Assembly (NCBI GenBank): GCA_002633005.1
Contig: NMRA01000445.1
Location: forward strand, 1-64,000
Reading direction: 5' to 3'
Source of the DNA: Phoronis australis
Lineage: Eukaryota > Animalia > Phoronida
Length of the DNA stretch: 64,000 nt
Position numbers and translations under genes: made by a program. Below, in pieces: positions 13,132-25,809 of the stretch; within the stretch, counting starts at the first letter, position 1; every line of letters starts with the position of its first letter. The notes below the pieces were generated by a model. That model was given only the letters and a program-made list of their open reading frames with translations, searched no databases and was not told the origin of the DNA.

Positions 13132-13539
13132 GGCAGTCGATGTTGCCTGAATTGGCAATATGTTGTAAGTCACAAAAACGGCAACAGTGTTTGTTGTTTG
13201 ATAGCTATTGTGAAAGCTATCAATTGTCTATCCCACCCAACAATAATCTTAAAAGTGTGTTTTTTCGGTTATGAAATTATAGTGATCCTTCCATAACTTG
13301 TTAATTAGAATAAGTTTAATGATAGTTTTTGCTTGATTGGCCCTCTCGTGTGCTTACAATCGACTTGTGTAGGAGGTGAAACACTCGCTGATCACAGTAA
13401 ATCTACATTTCCAACCACTGGCAATAGATCCTTTAAATTAACTACACTGCGATTAATGTGTGCATCAGTTTTTCTCTATTTCTGAGAAGGACAATTTTTG
13501 TTTTTTGTTCCGTAATCAGTTACTTTGCTGTATTCTTGT

Positions 13540-14014
13540 TTAAAGGACACTCCGATTCTAAACAAAAACTGCTGCTACTACACCTTCTCATGGCGAAGTC
13601 ACTTGAAAGATTATTTTGTTTTTAAGGCATGCGTTAACTCCAAAAATAAACAAATTTTGGTTTGGACCACTTAGGGTAATGAAATTGGTCTCAAATTGTT
13701 TTTTAGTCAAAATCATGATTTCTTAGCTTGGAAAGAACTCACATTTTCGTTATGTCTTCAGACTTGGCTCACAAAATTTCAGATCACTGCTTGAAATCAC
13801 TTAATTTGACTAAGAAACAATTTGAATAAGGTCAGACGGTGACTGATATTTTGTGAGGTTGGTCGAAGTAGTGAAATGTCAGTTCTTCCAGAGCCCACAA
13901 ATTACTCAGTCTAAACTGAGACAATTTCATAGCGGTTATATAATGGAGCGGTAATATAATGGCTCAAATCAAAAATTGTGTTTTGACAGGAAGCATGGGC
14001 TTAATATCCCTTTA
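13540..14014. mobile_element. Decayed TTAA-flanked (Kolobok-like) MITE, possibly with a nested element
   Basis: ttaaAGGACAC ... TATCCCTttaa ends; inner ttaaGGCATGC ... GCATGGGCttaa pair. Confidence 0.4.
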
Positions 14015-15390
14015 AATGCAACAGAAAGGTATAAACTGTAAAAATTATCTAGTTTGGACAGTCCTTAAACTCTGAAATTGGGTAAAGGTTATGCTGTGGA
14101 CGATTTCACCCTGCATCATATTTCTCAAATATGGGACTCTCCGTTTTGTATCAATATAGTCTAAAAATAGATTTGGTTGTTCATAAAATTGTAGAAAATG
14201 GCCGCCAACAACAGTTTGTAATATCAAACTGAATGACCGTGTGTCGATGATCGTAAGTTTTAAATTTGAGATGGTCAGTATGGGCTTTGACTGTTGTTAA
14301 TTACGCTCCTGTTCATGTGTTACGTAATTACAGAGGATATGTGATTGACCAGTACGCTCCCACCTCTACTCGATGCAACGGCTTGGAATTGCCTTTGTGG
14401 GAAATCATTTGCATTTGACTAGTGCTGAGAGCAATATGACATAAGGCAACTCTTTAACTACTCATGACCGAATTCTACAGCAGATGTTTTCTTCAAGATA
14501 AGAATGTAACATGTAACACGTAGCTCATGCAAGCCTATTGTGGATTTAACTATTGAGCATTATTCTCTGTGTTAGGAATTACTATTGCAGCCGAGGTTTT
14601 CAAAAGGCATCAGGCTACCTGCACTCTTTTATTAGGTTTTCAATATCTGAATAATAGTTTAGGCGTGGCCCATTTTGCTTTGTTATTGTATTGCAACTAG
14701 CCATGGTTGTTTAGTGAAGTGTTTGTTATTTCCATTGCAGTGTACTGGGAATTTTGTGAGCTGATGTTTGTTGCTTATTTGCATTCCCCTTTGTGGTCAA
14801 TAAATGTGTAAGATGTCAGATTTCCGCCTGATGTTTTCTTCATGGACTGCAGGTAGCCTACATTAGCTGCTTCTAAAAGTTTGGTGGGAACTCCGACCTT
14901 GAAAACATTTAATTGATTTTTTGCTTTGCTGTATGAATAGGGGAATGTCACCCTAATCATAAAATATGATGAGCGGTCAGTAAACAGGGCTCACAGTTTT
15001 CTCTTTTTAGAGCCGAATTTTCTCTTTTTGGATTTAATTTCCCGTTTTATGATTTCCGGTTTCCTCTTTTTCATTATTTTGATTTTATTCATGCAAGAAA
15101 AGTTTCAAATACAGTTAAATTTTACAACACAAAAAAATTATTACTCAAGCCTGTAGAGCGTTATGTCATCTGAAAAATTGTTCTTTTTCGTCATTGGTCA
15201 TCACAAGCCCTGGGTGTAAGATCTTTGGAGAAACATGATCCGAGATGAACTGCTCAGAATTTTCGTAATCGATAGTTTATATATCGATCTCGTCTTCGTG
15301 TTTAAGCTACAGAGTGTAAACTATGAATGATTGTAATGACAACAGCATTTTTATATGGGACTGGGACCAAATATTTATGTTTGTATGTGG

Positions 15391-15420
15391 GTGTGTGTGT
15401 GTGTGCGCGCGCGCGCGCGC
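15391..15420. repeat. (GT)n(GC)n alternating purine-pyrimidine tract
   Basis: 30 bp gtgtgtgtgtgtgtgcgcgcgcgcgcgcgc. Confidence 0.9.
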
Positions 15421-15429
15421 ATAGTTGTC

Positions 15430-16580
15430 GTCATCATCTCTGTTCAGGCATCTGGCGTCGGCTGCTGTGTCTCTAAAAACCTCCAAGAGGATCTTTATGA
15501 AAGTTAGCAAAGCAAATGCGTTCCTATGGAGATGACGACGGCGACTACTTTCGGACGGATCTGGCTTCGCTGCCCCAGCGGATGTTTTGCATTTGCCTCT
15601 GTTCACTGTATCTCCGGAGACCTTTACAGATGTTTTCGTGAAATTTGGCAATCGTAGGTTTCTGCATGCGACCGACGACGGCGCATTCTAATTTTCGGAC
15701 TTACTCGAAACAATCTGTGCACGTAGTAGCCATTTTTGTGATTTACAAATTTAGTTTTGGCGTCCGCGTTGGCAGAAGTATTCACCAGGCCTGACGTCGA
15801 TTTTCGGACGGGTCCGACTACTGTATGATCTGACTACTTACTGTCAGTCGTGATATTTTTTGTGTCTGCGGCTGTATCTCCTTAACCCTTCCAGGATCTT
15901 CGTGAACTTTGCAAATGTTTTTCTATGAATGTGGTCAAGGGATGGCGACGACTTTGGGTATCGCTTTGTGTCCCCGAGTGGCTAGGCTTTCGGCTCGATC
16001 AACAGATTTCTTGAAACTTGGCAAATAGGTTTCTAGTTAAGGAGATGAAAAATCATCCCGTGTTTGGGGATGGATTCGAAGTATTCTGCTTCACGTAGAG
16101 GCCATTTTTATCTGTTTTGTCGTCGTCCTCATTCACTACCTGCCAAAGCGCACGAAGGTTCGTTATCGAAATTCGCAAATGTTCCTGCTAAGACTACGAC
16201 GTTGATTTTCGAACGGACGCGGTTACCGTGGCGTAGTCTTGTTTTTTTTTTTTTGGCATCTACTGTACTGCTGTATCTAGAACGAAACAACTTACATTGG
16301 TCATTTGGTTTTGTGATTTAATTTGACTATATAGTATATTCCTGTCGTCTTTCGAGTGTATATCCAGCTCATGTGTCTTCCTAGTGGCAGTTTTTACGTT
16401 TACCTCGGTATCTTTTGAGTTCCTCCACGGATTTTCCTGAAATTGTACAAAAATGGTTTCCACGATGGCGCATTTTCAGGCGGGTTCGACGTATTCTGAG
16501 CCACCAACTGGCCTTTGTCTCCACTGAGACGCACACCGTTTGCGGTGTAATCGTGGGCACATTAAAACTCTGTGTTGCTC
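15430..16580 (+). mobile_element. Decayed HINE/pearl-like element with degenerate tandem subunits of about 120 bp
   Basis: Recurrent ctgtatctcc...ga(t)ttt(t)cgtgaaatttggcaa...gacgacg motifs that match 41700-43330 in reverse orientation; sub-TIR-like cgtgggcacat near 16552. Confidence 0.5.
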
Positions 16581-17689
16581 AAATTAAAGTGAACAGTGAG
16601 GTTTTCTACGGAATGATCAAGTACAGATAATGAGGTGATCGAGAGTTGGCGCTCGGTTCGCAACGCCGTCTTTCAAGCGTTCCCCGCCGTTTCTCTTCTT
16701 GGGGCCCCTACCTAAACTATGTCATTTTGGGGTCTGTGCTACCTCGTTTGATTTACTCAGGTGTCGTCACCACCGACGAAAAATGTGTAGCTAAACCTGG
16801 GACGATTTATCTAGGACAATGCAGACAAGAACTGAAACCAGACTAAAATTTGAAATAAAAAAACAGTCAATTGAAAGAGCATCGACCTGTTGCTCTTGTG
16901 ATATTCGACGCCTTCCTGTGGACGTAACTTTGAGTCACTCTGCTATTTGGGTCGCAGTGCTTAGTTTTTTCCGAAGCAATCAAAAACAAGCAATTGAACT
17001 CTGTTTTAGTCACGTGGCAATCATGTATCAATTGATTATTTAATGGCATAACGTGTTGTGTTATTACAAACGGTAACTATAAACGTGTACCTGTTATACA
17101 ACTGTACGCGTATAACTGCGTCTCCTATGTCATCACTTAAGCCTGAATAACTGAGCTTTTATATTTTGGTTGATAATCTACGACCCGGCAGACAGCGCCA
17201 AAACTTGGGGGTATATTTTAAAGGGAAGGACGTTTTGCCTCAAGCAAGGGGCAAAACTCGTGATTATTAAATAGCATGCGGAAGAATTCTCAATATTTTT
17301 TATTTCCAATATTCAACGGGAAATGCGAGAGATAATTTAAATCTAGGGCGTCTTGCCCAACCCTATTCTACTCTTCCGTTAGGAAGGAACTTCCAATCAT
17401 GCTGAAAAAGACTTCAGAAAAGGCAAATAACGATCTCACTATTTACAAGCTGACGAGCACAATGACGCATCTGATGTCTAACTCAGTCCGGCGTCCATGG
17501 CTGGAAATTATTCGGACCATCAAAGTCACTTCCGGAGTTAACCTGCATAATGATATAGAACCGGAGAACTCCATGGACTTGACAATCTATCTAAAATAAA
17601 CTGAAAATTGTAGTTTAAGCCAAAATGACGCAAGAGACGGCTGTCTTTTCGGCTGTCTATTAGTACAGCAGTGTTCGTATTTTCTGTGA

Positions 17690-17786
17690 TCACGTGGATG
17701 GTAATAGCATACATTTATTTTGTTGAAAATTGAATTCAGTGACATAAATAATGATAAAAACTGGCATCACGTGAGAGTCACGTGAC
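17690..17786. promoter_or_regulatory. Cluster of three CACGTG E-boxes including a perfect CLEAR palindrome GTCACGTGAC
   Basis: TCACGTGG 17690-17697, TCACGTGA 17767-17774, GTCACGTGAC 17777-17786. No adjacent coding start found. Confidence 0.4.
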
Positions 17787-19654
17787 CTGGCCCTTGGGAC
17801 ATTTCAAGAGATTCATCACAATCTTTGTCAGCTGTTTGTTGGGAGTGGAGTGCGTCCTCGTGGTTGGAAAATATTAATGATGCTGGGTCAGACGGGTTAT
17901 ACATCTTCACCTCTACAGGCACTGCTCCTGAAAATAGTTTGAATTAGTAAAGTGAGTGTTGTTGACGAACGTTCTTTGAAAAAAATGTCGAAGTCTCATC
18001 TGTTATACATTACAAACACGCATACGATGAATGCATGCATACATTAACCATACTAATGTGTAACACAAAGCAAGTACACATACGTTTCTCCCCCCCCCCC
18101 CCATACCTTTCATGCAAATGAGTGAAAGTGAACGATTCACGTATAAATAATTTTCATAATAGAGGAGTTTCATAAACATTTATCATGCGAACATGCGTAA
18201 TTATTTGGGTGACCTTGGCGTCCAAAAAAGAGCCTCCCCCAGGATGGTCTTTCGGAAAAACTGGTAAACCGGCTATTTAAGAAATTTGTATTCAGCTTTC
18301 AGCAATAAGCTTCTTTATACGTTATGTGACATGAAGAAGTTTTTTTATTACTCAGTCACCAACTGGTGAGACTACGAATCGGCTCACCAGTTGGCTCACC
18401 ATGCAAGACCTGCGGAGCAAAATGTCGTGGAAATTATTGAAGCCCGCTCAAAAATAATTCAGCAAACATCCGTTTTAAATGAAGACTGAAAGCGTTAGAA
18501 ACATAAATCAGAAAGTTAGTTGTGAATGTTGTCAAAATGTGACTACTTTGTAAAACGAAAATCAAATTGCTCTCACAAAATCGATCTCGTAACATTGCTA
18601 ACCGTTATACGCCTCCATTACCAACAAAAGAACATAGAAACCAGATTTTATGGGAGTTGGCGACCTGCGGATTCAAAATTAAATACTGTATGTACTCACT
18701 GCCTGTGACTCTAGTTGCGGGCTCATTGAGCAATAATGATTGGACGAGCGTGGAAATTTATCTCGAAAACGCTTCAGTTATATGGGAAGCCAATCGTCTT
18801 TATTGCCATTTTTGGTTCCATTGCGATTTTCTTGTTATCCTATATAAACTTTATAAATTTTCAACTTAATTATTTTTTCCGGCTCTAATTAATTATGCAT
18901 GAGCCAATCCGGAACTGAATTTCTCGGCCCGAGGCTCCGGATTCTTTCGGCTGCTTACAGTGGTTTCACTTGAGTTTCAAAAAGCAATCCTAGCGGAACA
19001 GAGAAGGGCGTTAGCAGGCACCTGCACGATTTCTGCGTACATGTGTCAGTCATAAACTGTCATTTGACTGTAAGAAATGCTTTCAGTACGCACAATGGGT
19101 TTGCACAGCTTTCGCCGAAGAGTGAACGGGCTGCGCTGCATTATTGACACGAACGAGCCGACGGATACCGTCATCCACTAAAATCAATAAGACGAAACTT
19201 CTGAACCCTTTGAAATCTCATTGGGCATGCATCCCGGTCGCCACCCAACACTTTACAGGTAGTATATAAGACGGGAAAGTGACGGTCTATTTTGTTACAA
19301 AATGACTGTACATCAAGACGTATGCGATGTCAAACGCGGCTGGAAATACGTGTGAATTAGAATTTGTCGGGGAATGATTCTTCGGACCGCGAGCGGCGCC
19401 ACTTCTGGAGTGACGTATCCATATATAGTTAGAATCCGAGAAAAAAGTGTTATTGCGTACATTCCTACGACTATGCAGTTCTCGGATTTGTCATACTACT
19501 TGTGTTAAACTGTTCGCACATTGTATGTCGCTAAAATATGTGTAGTGCGCAAGAATGTAAACGTAATGCATTCAAAGTAATATCGATGAAAGTAAAGCGG
19601 AAACGAACCATGTAGAACGTTACGTGACCTGTCATCCGTCTTGCACATTGCTAA

Positions 19655-20157
19655 TCATAAACGTTTTGCGGAAAATTCAGAAACTGATTTTTTTGGAAAT
19701 TTAAACTTACCATCAAATTTATTAGAGCTGTTAGTTTCACTTCCGAAGTGGACCTTCCTTTTCCTTCGAGGCAGCACCCTTCCAACGCGGTTCTTTTTAC
19801 GGATGATAAAACCAACAGAAATGCTTAGTGCTATGACAGCCAAACACGCTGCAACGCTGAAGGCAAGCGCTGAAGTTTTTATTTGAAATGCAGAGGACTC
19901 TAGCGCTTTGACCCCTGGCGGTGATGTTCGGTTGTCGGTGACAACAGTTTTTTTTAATGTTCTTCCTTCGCTTTCAGGCGACGGCGGCGTTGACGCTAAA
20001 TCCCCTTTCACAGTGCTAGCAAGCGTTTTTAAACCTTTGTTGTACGCTACAGAAATTGTGGACTTAACGATCCTTTTTGTTCTTTGTGTTGGACCTTTCG
20101 TTGATAAGGATTTGCTGGACACCCAGCGTATACGATGTGGCGCCACCTTTCTGTTAT
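19655..20157 (-). CDS. TNFR-like gene exon 2 (stalk, TM, cytoplasmic tail)
   Basis: Longest ORF in the track; phase-1 acceptor gives D-NRKVAPH...; hydrophobic helix followed by RKKNR stop-transfer. Confidence 0.8.
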
Positions 20158-23100
20158 CTGAAACAAATTGTGTATTAATTTTTAAATAGAAAACCATCTT
20201 GGACCGTTGCTGTCTAAAACATATATAACAAAGCTCAGCTCATGACTACACGGAATGGAGGGAGAGTAGGTAGAGTTGATTCCCAAAAAGTCATTAGTTT
20301 TTCGTTTGTTGAAACCGTTCATTGATTTACTAATTAAAATAGAATTTACATGTTCACTGTGTGTTCTCAGGTCCTCTAGTCCGATTACTTTGGCACCCTT
20401 CTCGAATCCCGGTTGTCAAATTTCGGCCGAATTGTCTTTCTTCGCCCTCTGACGGTCACCAACTTTGCATCTCCACACACGTCACGACCAAGGTATCGAA
20501 AACCCAGAATGTAGTAATAGGAGGGGCCATTATTTAGGTCTTAGTTAGTGATTGGTGTTAGATGTTGCACTATCTCGTATCTCGTTGACATTTTAAAAAT
20601 TATCTTCACACGTGGTCATTCTGTCCTAGAGCATAATGTTTTTTCGCTCGCTTTTATCATTAGTTTTGTGACAACACAGGTATTAGTCAGCTGGCCAAAA
20701 TCACCATTTTTAGATGGATGACGAAGTCATGTTAGAGGCAGGCAGCCAAAGTATTTATATTGGCCCTCTGTTGAAACTTAGGAAGGTTGCCATGGTGACA
20801 CATGCAACGTCCATGGTCATCGGTATTTTGTCAGTCAACATCAGTTATTTCAGATTTGGAGGCAAATTCATGTTGGAACTAGGCAGTCTTGCCCAGAGTA
20901 CTTGGATTGGCTCTTTGCTGAACTTTAAAGGTATTGCTAAGCTGATTAGTACTGTATCATTGTCATGACAACCAGGTATTTTCACGATCGAGACCACCAA
21001 TTTTAGTCTTGATGGCAGTCATGCTAGAAGGCGGACAACCAGTTAGTGACCTTCCTAAAAACTAAGAGGAGTTGCCAAGCTTGAACGTGCCCCGTTGCCA
21101 TGGTAACCAGGTATTGGAATTACTGCAGTTTAGTAAGCTCCACAAGCCACATATTAAAGACATCTTAAAGAATATAAAAGGGTTAAAGCAAACGCCATTT
21201 GTTTTACCAAAGATATGCTATAATCAGTAGGACTTTTAGAATATAGAAAAAGGTTGTCCAGACAACTCACGTAAACAAACATGGAAATAATCTTTAACAG
21301 CGTAAAAGTTTCGTACACACAGTGCAATAGATTTGCATCAAATATTAAGTAAAACCAGAGACTTACGGCTGCTATGTCAAAACCAGTAGCTTATTTTGAA
21401 AATCCAAAAATAGTTGTCATGGCAACTGCTTCAAATAATATTGTTAAGTGCTTCTTAAACGACATAAAACGTATGTCAAACGCTTGCAAGAGAATGTAAT
21501 GAAAAAAGCAATTATTTTTGGTTGGATTTATTTAAGGTGTGTCACGAATACCAATAACTGTACAAGTATAATTGGTTACCCTGACAACGGATTTGCATAT
21601 TCATCACAAGCAAGGAGACACTGCTATCGTATAATGATCACGGTGTTTTTGGACATAAGCACGGGATTCGTTTTGGGTTAGTTTTTGGCGCTAAACTTAG
21701 ATTCTTTCCAAGACCATAAAAAGAAGTTCATAATTCGTTTATACATGTATGTGTTACAATTACTGCAAACACGTAGCTCAACAAACTTTCTTGGCGTAGT
21801 CTTCCTTTTGTTTTATTGCACGTGCAGATTAGTTAGTAGCAACAACTTTGATTTTTCTATGTTTTCTTTTAAAATATGTAGAAATAGCTCTTCATCACAA
21901 GTTCAAAATGATTAACATTTTGTTGAGAAAAAGCATCAAATAATGTGACACGAAAAATAAAAAATGCAATTTTCCATCTCCCCAAAATATTCATATTGCT
22001 GACTGCTACGTGTATCTCCAAATTCCACTTCGTTTGTTTTCAATCACCATTAGCTACAACATTTAAAACTTTGTATAAGAATTCATGAATAAATAATAAA
22101 ATACAATACTGTTGTCTTTCGATTTTACGTACTTTGTAATTGTGTTGACCTCGACAATAATTTCACTTTCCGGTAAAGAGATGGTCAAAGCTAATAACTT
22201 CAAACAGTCTATCCCATTCAACAGCGACCGTAAATTGCGATTTTCGGTGGTCAAAAACGATAAACCACATCCCGACAAAGAAGAGAACTTTTAATTTAGA
22301 TCCCTTACCGCTATAAAATTTTTCTTAAATTGGGGGGTGATTTCTGGGTTTGCACAGACCTTTGAATTTGTTCTTCGTAAGACCGCGCTAAGCGCATAAA
22401 ATGTCTCTCCGCGACAAACCAGCTTGTAGAACCTGGTCTCAAGCACTAACGAATTCTCAATTATCTCCCAACCCTGAAGTCATCTCCAGTTTCACCAAGC
22501 AGAGAACAATTTGAGACCAGTTTCATAACTGTAGGGGTCAGTGTAAACCAATAGCGGGTTTTGTGATGGAAAGTGGGTTTATAGCTGGTTTGAGAAGAAA
22601 TTTGTACGGATGATTTACAATATTCAACATGTATTAAAAACATAATGCTAAGTACACAGTCGTTAGTAGCTACATGTAGATGATGATGTAAAAATTTTGA
22701 CAATTATCTTTTCCAGTATGACCAAATGTTTTAAAAAAAACGTAGTTTTAGAATAGTTCCCAAACGTCATAGTGAAGACAATTTTTTATCTACACCCGTA
22801 CACGATATTTTTGTGTCATGGTTAAAAAAATCAAGAGCTTTTGATAAAAGCGTATCTGTGTTAATCCCAAAAGTTGCCGTGTAATACATAGCTTTATCAG
22901 TAATGATAAAGCATTATCAGTATGGCTGAAGCTCACAACCTTTCGAAACGGCGAAATTCGAAACGAGATTCGGGTACATTAATTTATATTCTGATTGGAA
23001 TTTGTAATAGTAAAAATGTTCTAGCTCACGTCAGCAGTGAGATGCTAGCCGTCAGAATTCCTGTTAATTACATTTACTGAGAAAAATTACAAAACAAACT

Positions 23101-24258
23101 TGAATCGTTGACCTTGGAGCCTTTACAAACCTTACCATAGTCATGGAAAAGAGTTCAAGGAAACGACAAAATTACAAATTTTTATGATATTTCAAGCAAA
23201 GAGTGTAAAACCCAGACTTCCTGTTTTAAGTGGAGAACATCGTTAACAAAAATGAGATATATCTTATGTTTATCCACGGTGTTAGGTTAAATTCAATTTA
23301 CTCGTTATCTGTGACTCGTTTCATGAAAAGTGACCAAGCTGCATGTCGCCCTGGTGAACAATCTCAAAACGGAAATCTTTTACTCTCGTTAAATCGGTCT
23401 CGTAACATTCTATACCGCGATAGGATTCCTTTTCCATAACCAGCAAGAACTTCGAAACCATCATCGACTAAAGAAAACGCTTCAATTTATTGGGATTGGT
23501 TGAATTTATGAGAATTTAGTTCTTCACTCAGCCAAGAAGGGTGAAATGTAGCTTTCAGCCGAAAATTTCACGTGACGCTCCACACAACTATTTCTGAAAA
23601 AAATATCTTACATCAGCAAAAGCGCAGAATCTTTGAAAATGTGCTCATAATTTCTACTTGTTCTCATTTTTTTTTCTGACACGTGATGTGCCAACTATTA
23701 TAAAAAAAACTTTCATCAGTAATTGTGATGTGTAAGTCTAAAATTTTGAGATACGTTTCTTATAACAGACTCTTGAAGTCTCCGCTATACTGTATCTAGT
23801 CTTCTGTAATAGTGCAGCTTTACAGAATGATTTTGTAAATGTTGTTGGACATGGCTTTTTCATTGTTGTTTGCTTCAGTTACTGGCCTTCTTAGCCGAAA
23901 ACAAAAACATTCTCTCGCAGATCCGTTCATGTCAACAATAAAATCCTGAATGTGAGTGGCCGTGAGGATTTGGAATGTTTTCCATGCCTACGCTTTGCGG
24001 TTCGTGCGCACACGTGTACCCAAATGTGATCAGATGTAAAAACCTACCTTTACACAGTGTGTCGCATAATTCCACGTCCTCTCCGCTGTCGCAAATCACA
24101 GAACATGGTATGCACTTAGCACTTTCGGGATTGAAGAAGGTGCCAGCAGGGCACCGTTCAGTTTCCTTACTCAAAGTCCTTTCCGTCGGTAGAAATATAT
24201 GTGCCTGAGAAGCACTTAGGAGGTGAGCTAATATGATGAGCGAGAAGAGCCTCCCCAT
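19655..24258 (-). CDS. Single-CRD TNF receptor superfamily-like type I membrane protein (BCMA/TACI/Grindelwald-type CRD), 2 exons, 237 aa
   Basis: Exon 24258-24048 (signal peptide plus CPAGTFFNPESAKCIPCSVICDSGEDVELCDTLC, GTAGGT donor, phase 1) joins in frame to exon 20157-19655 (ttgtttcag acceptor; S/T/K-rich stalk, TM ALAFSVAACLAVIALSISVGFII, basic tail). Intervening exons cannot be excluded. Confidence 0.75.
24048..24258 (-). CDS. TNFR-like gene exon 1 (copy A)
   Basis: Signal peptide plus six-Cys CRD; donor GTAGGT. Confidence 0.8.
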
Positions 24259-24928
24259 AGCAAAAATTCAAACTTTTGTAACTAAAAAGATCTAGACATA
24301 ATCCTAGATAATAGGTTTATCAAAAACGGCTCGGGCTCGATTCGCCGGACTGATTCNCGCAGCCAAGTCAAGTTATTTTTTGAAATTCATCCTGGTACGG
24401 GAATTGGGGATAGTTAGGCCTATAAAAGATCTTTAACCCAGCCGCAGAGCGTCTAAAGCCGCGCACCGTACCAGTGACTGCTGGCAACTCATCGGAGACT
24501 CAACTTTATCATCCTTCGCCGCAGAGATAACAACTCTTGGGCTGTCTCCAGTGAGTCCATTCTTTGTTGAATGATGTTTAGATAAATAAAAAAAACTTTC
24601 ATCAGTAATTGTGGTGTGGAAGTCGAAAATTTTGAGATGCGTTTCTTATAACAGACTCTTGAAGTCTCCGCTATATCTAGTCTTCTGTAATAGTGCAGCT
24701 TTACAGAATGATTTTGTAAATGTTGTTGGACATGGCTTTTTCATTGTTGTTTGCTTCAGTTACTGGCCTTCTTAGCCGAAAACAAAAACATTCTCTCGCA
24801 GATCCGATCATGTCAACAATAAAATCCTGAATGTGAGTGGCCGTGAGGATTTGGAATGTTTTCCATGCCTACGCTTTGCGGTTCGTGCGCACACGTGTAC
24901 CCAAATGTGATCAGATGTAAAAACCTAC

Positions 24929-25139
24929 CTTTACACAGTGTGTCGCATAATTCCACGTCCTCTCCGCTGTCGCAAATCACAAAACATGGTATGCACTTAG
25001 CACTTTCGGGATTGAAGAAGGTGCCAGCAGGGCACCGTTCAGTTTCCTTACTCAAAGTCCTTTCCGTCGGTAGAAATATATGTGCCTGAGAAGCACTTAG
25101 GAGGTGAGCTAATATGATGAGCGAGAAGAGCCTCCCCAT
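24929..25139 (-). CDS. TNFR-like gene exon 1 (copy B; allele or duplicate, Ser to Phe in the CRD)
   Basis: Near-identical to copy A at +881 offset; CIPCFVIC versus CIPCSVIC. Confidence 0.65.
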
Positions 25140-25653
25140 AGCAAAAATTCAAACTTTTGTAACTAAAAAGATCTAGACATAATCCTAGATAATAGGTTTA
25201 TCAAAAACGGCTCGGGCTCGATTCGCCGGACTGATTCAGCAATAAAAAATCAACATCTCAAACAAATCCTCCCATCTTGAACTTTTCGAGAGTCGATGAG
25301 CTTCTGATTACAATGACATATCTTAGATTTATCTAAATAGTAAATTAACGCTCCTCTTCTCGACCTTCAGTCGTATATCATTCTCCGTTCACACTTGTCA
25401 GCGATGTTCGACATAGTACGTGTGTTAGTTGCAAACGGTACAAACAGTATTTACGAAATGAAACAATGCTCGTTAAAGTTGTGATCATCATGAAGGTATT
25501 GTTTTCTAGCTGAACCTTAAACCCGCCATGAGTCAGCGGAGGGTCATTTGGAGATTCGTGATGAGAGGCCATCCATGTGTCGTAGACATGTGCGAACGTT
25601 GTTGGTATATAGAGATACGACAAGAAGGGAATATTTCTGTGTTTTCTTGTCAC

Positions 25654-25809
25654 CAATGGCGGATTTAGAGAGGGGCCAAGGGGCCATGGCCCCCCTAAAA
25701 TTCTCCCAGATTACCTTTCGCAGTTCGGGGGTGCGAATGTCTGACGGGCATAATCCTGGCAAATACTCTGCCCTGGCTCCCCTAACTCAAAATTCTGGAT
25801 CCACCCCTG
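25654..25809. mobile_element. MITE (CA-x-GGCGGAT termini) with 5-bp TSD GTCAC
   Basis: CAATGGCGGATTTAG ... CTGGATCCACCCCTG; GTCAC at 25649-25653 and 25810-25814; homologous copy at 32747-32909. Confidence 0.8.

Larger units (their letters stand above)
23702..25237. repeat. About 655-bp direct duplication split by an N (probable uncollapsed haplotypes)
   Basis: 23702-24356 matches about 24587-25237 with a few SNPs and a small indel; copy A ends exactly at N 24357. Confidence 0.85.

Noticed and set aside
20158-20215. Upstream acceptor or ATG for the 180-aa ORF 19655-20197
   Set aside because: The acceptor at 20214-20215 gives an early stop when joined to exon 1; the acceptor at 20158-20159 gives the in-frame product with signal peptide and CRD.
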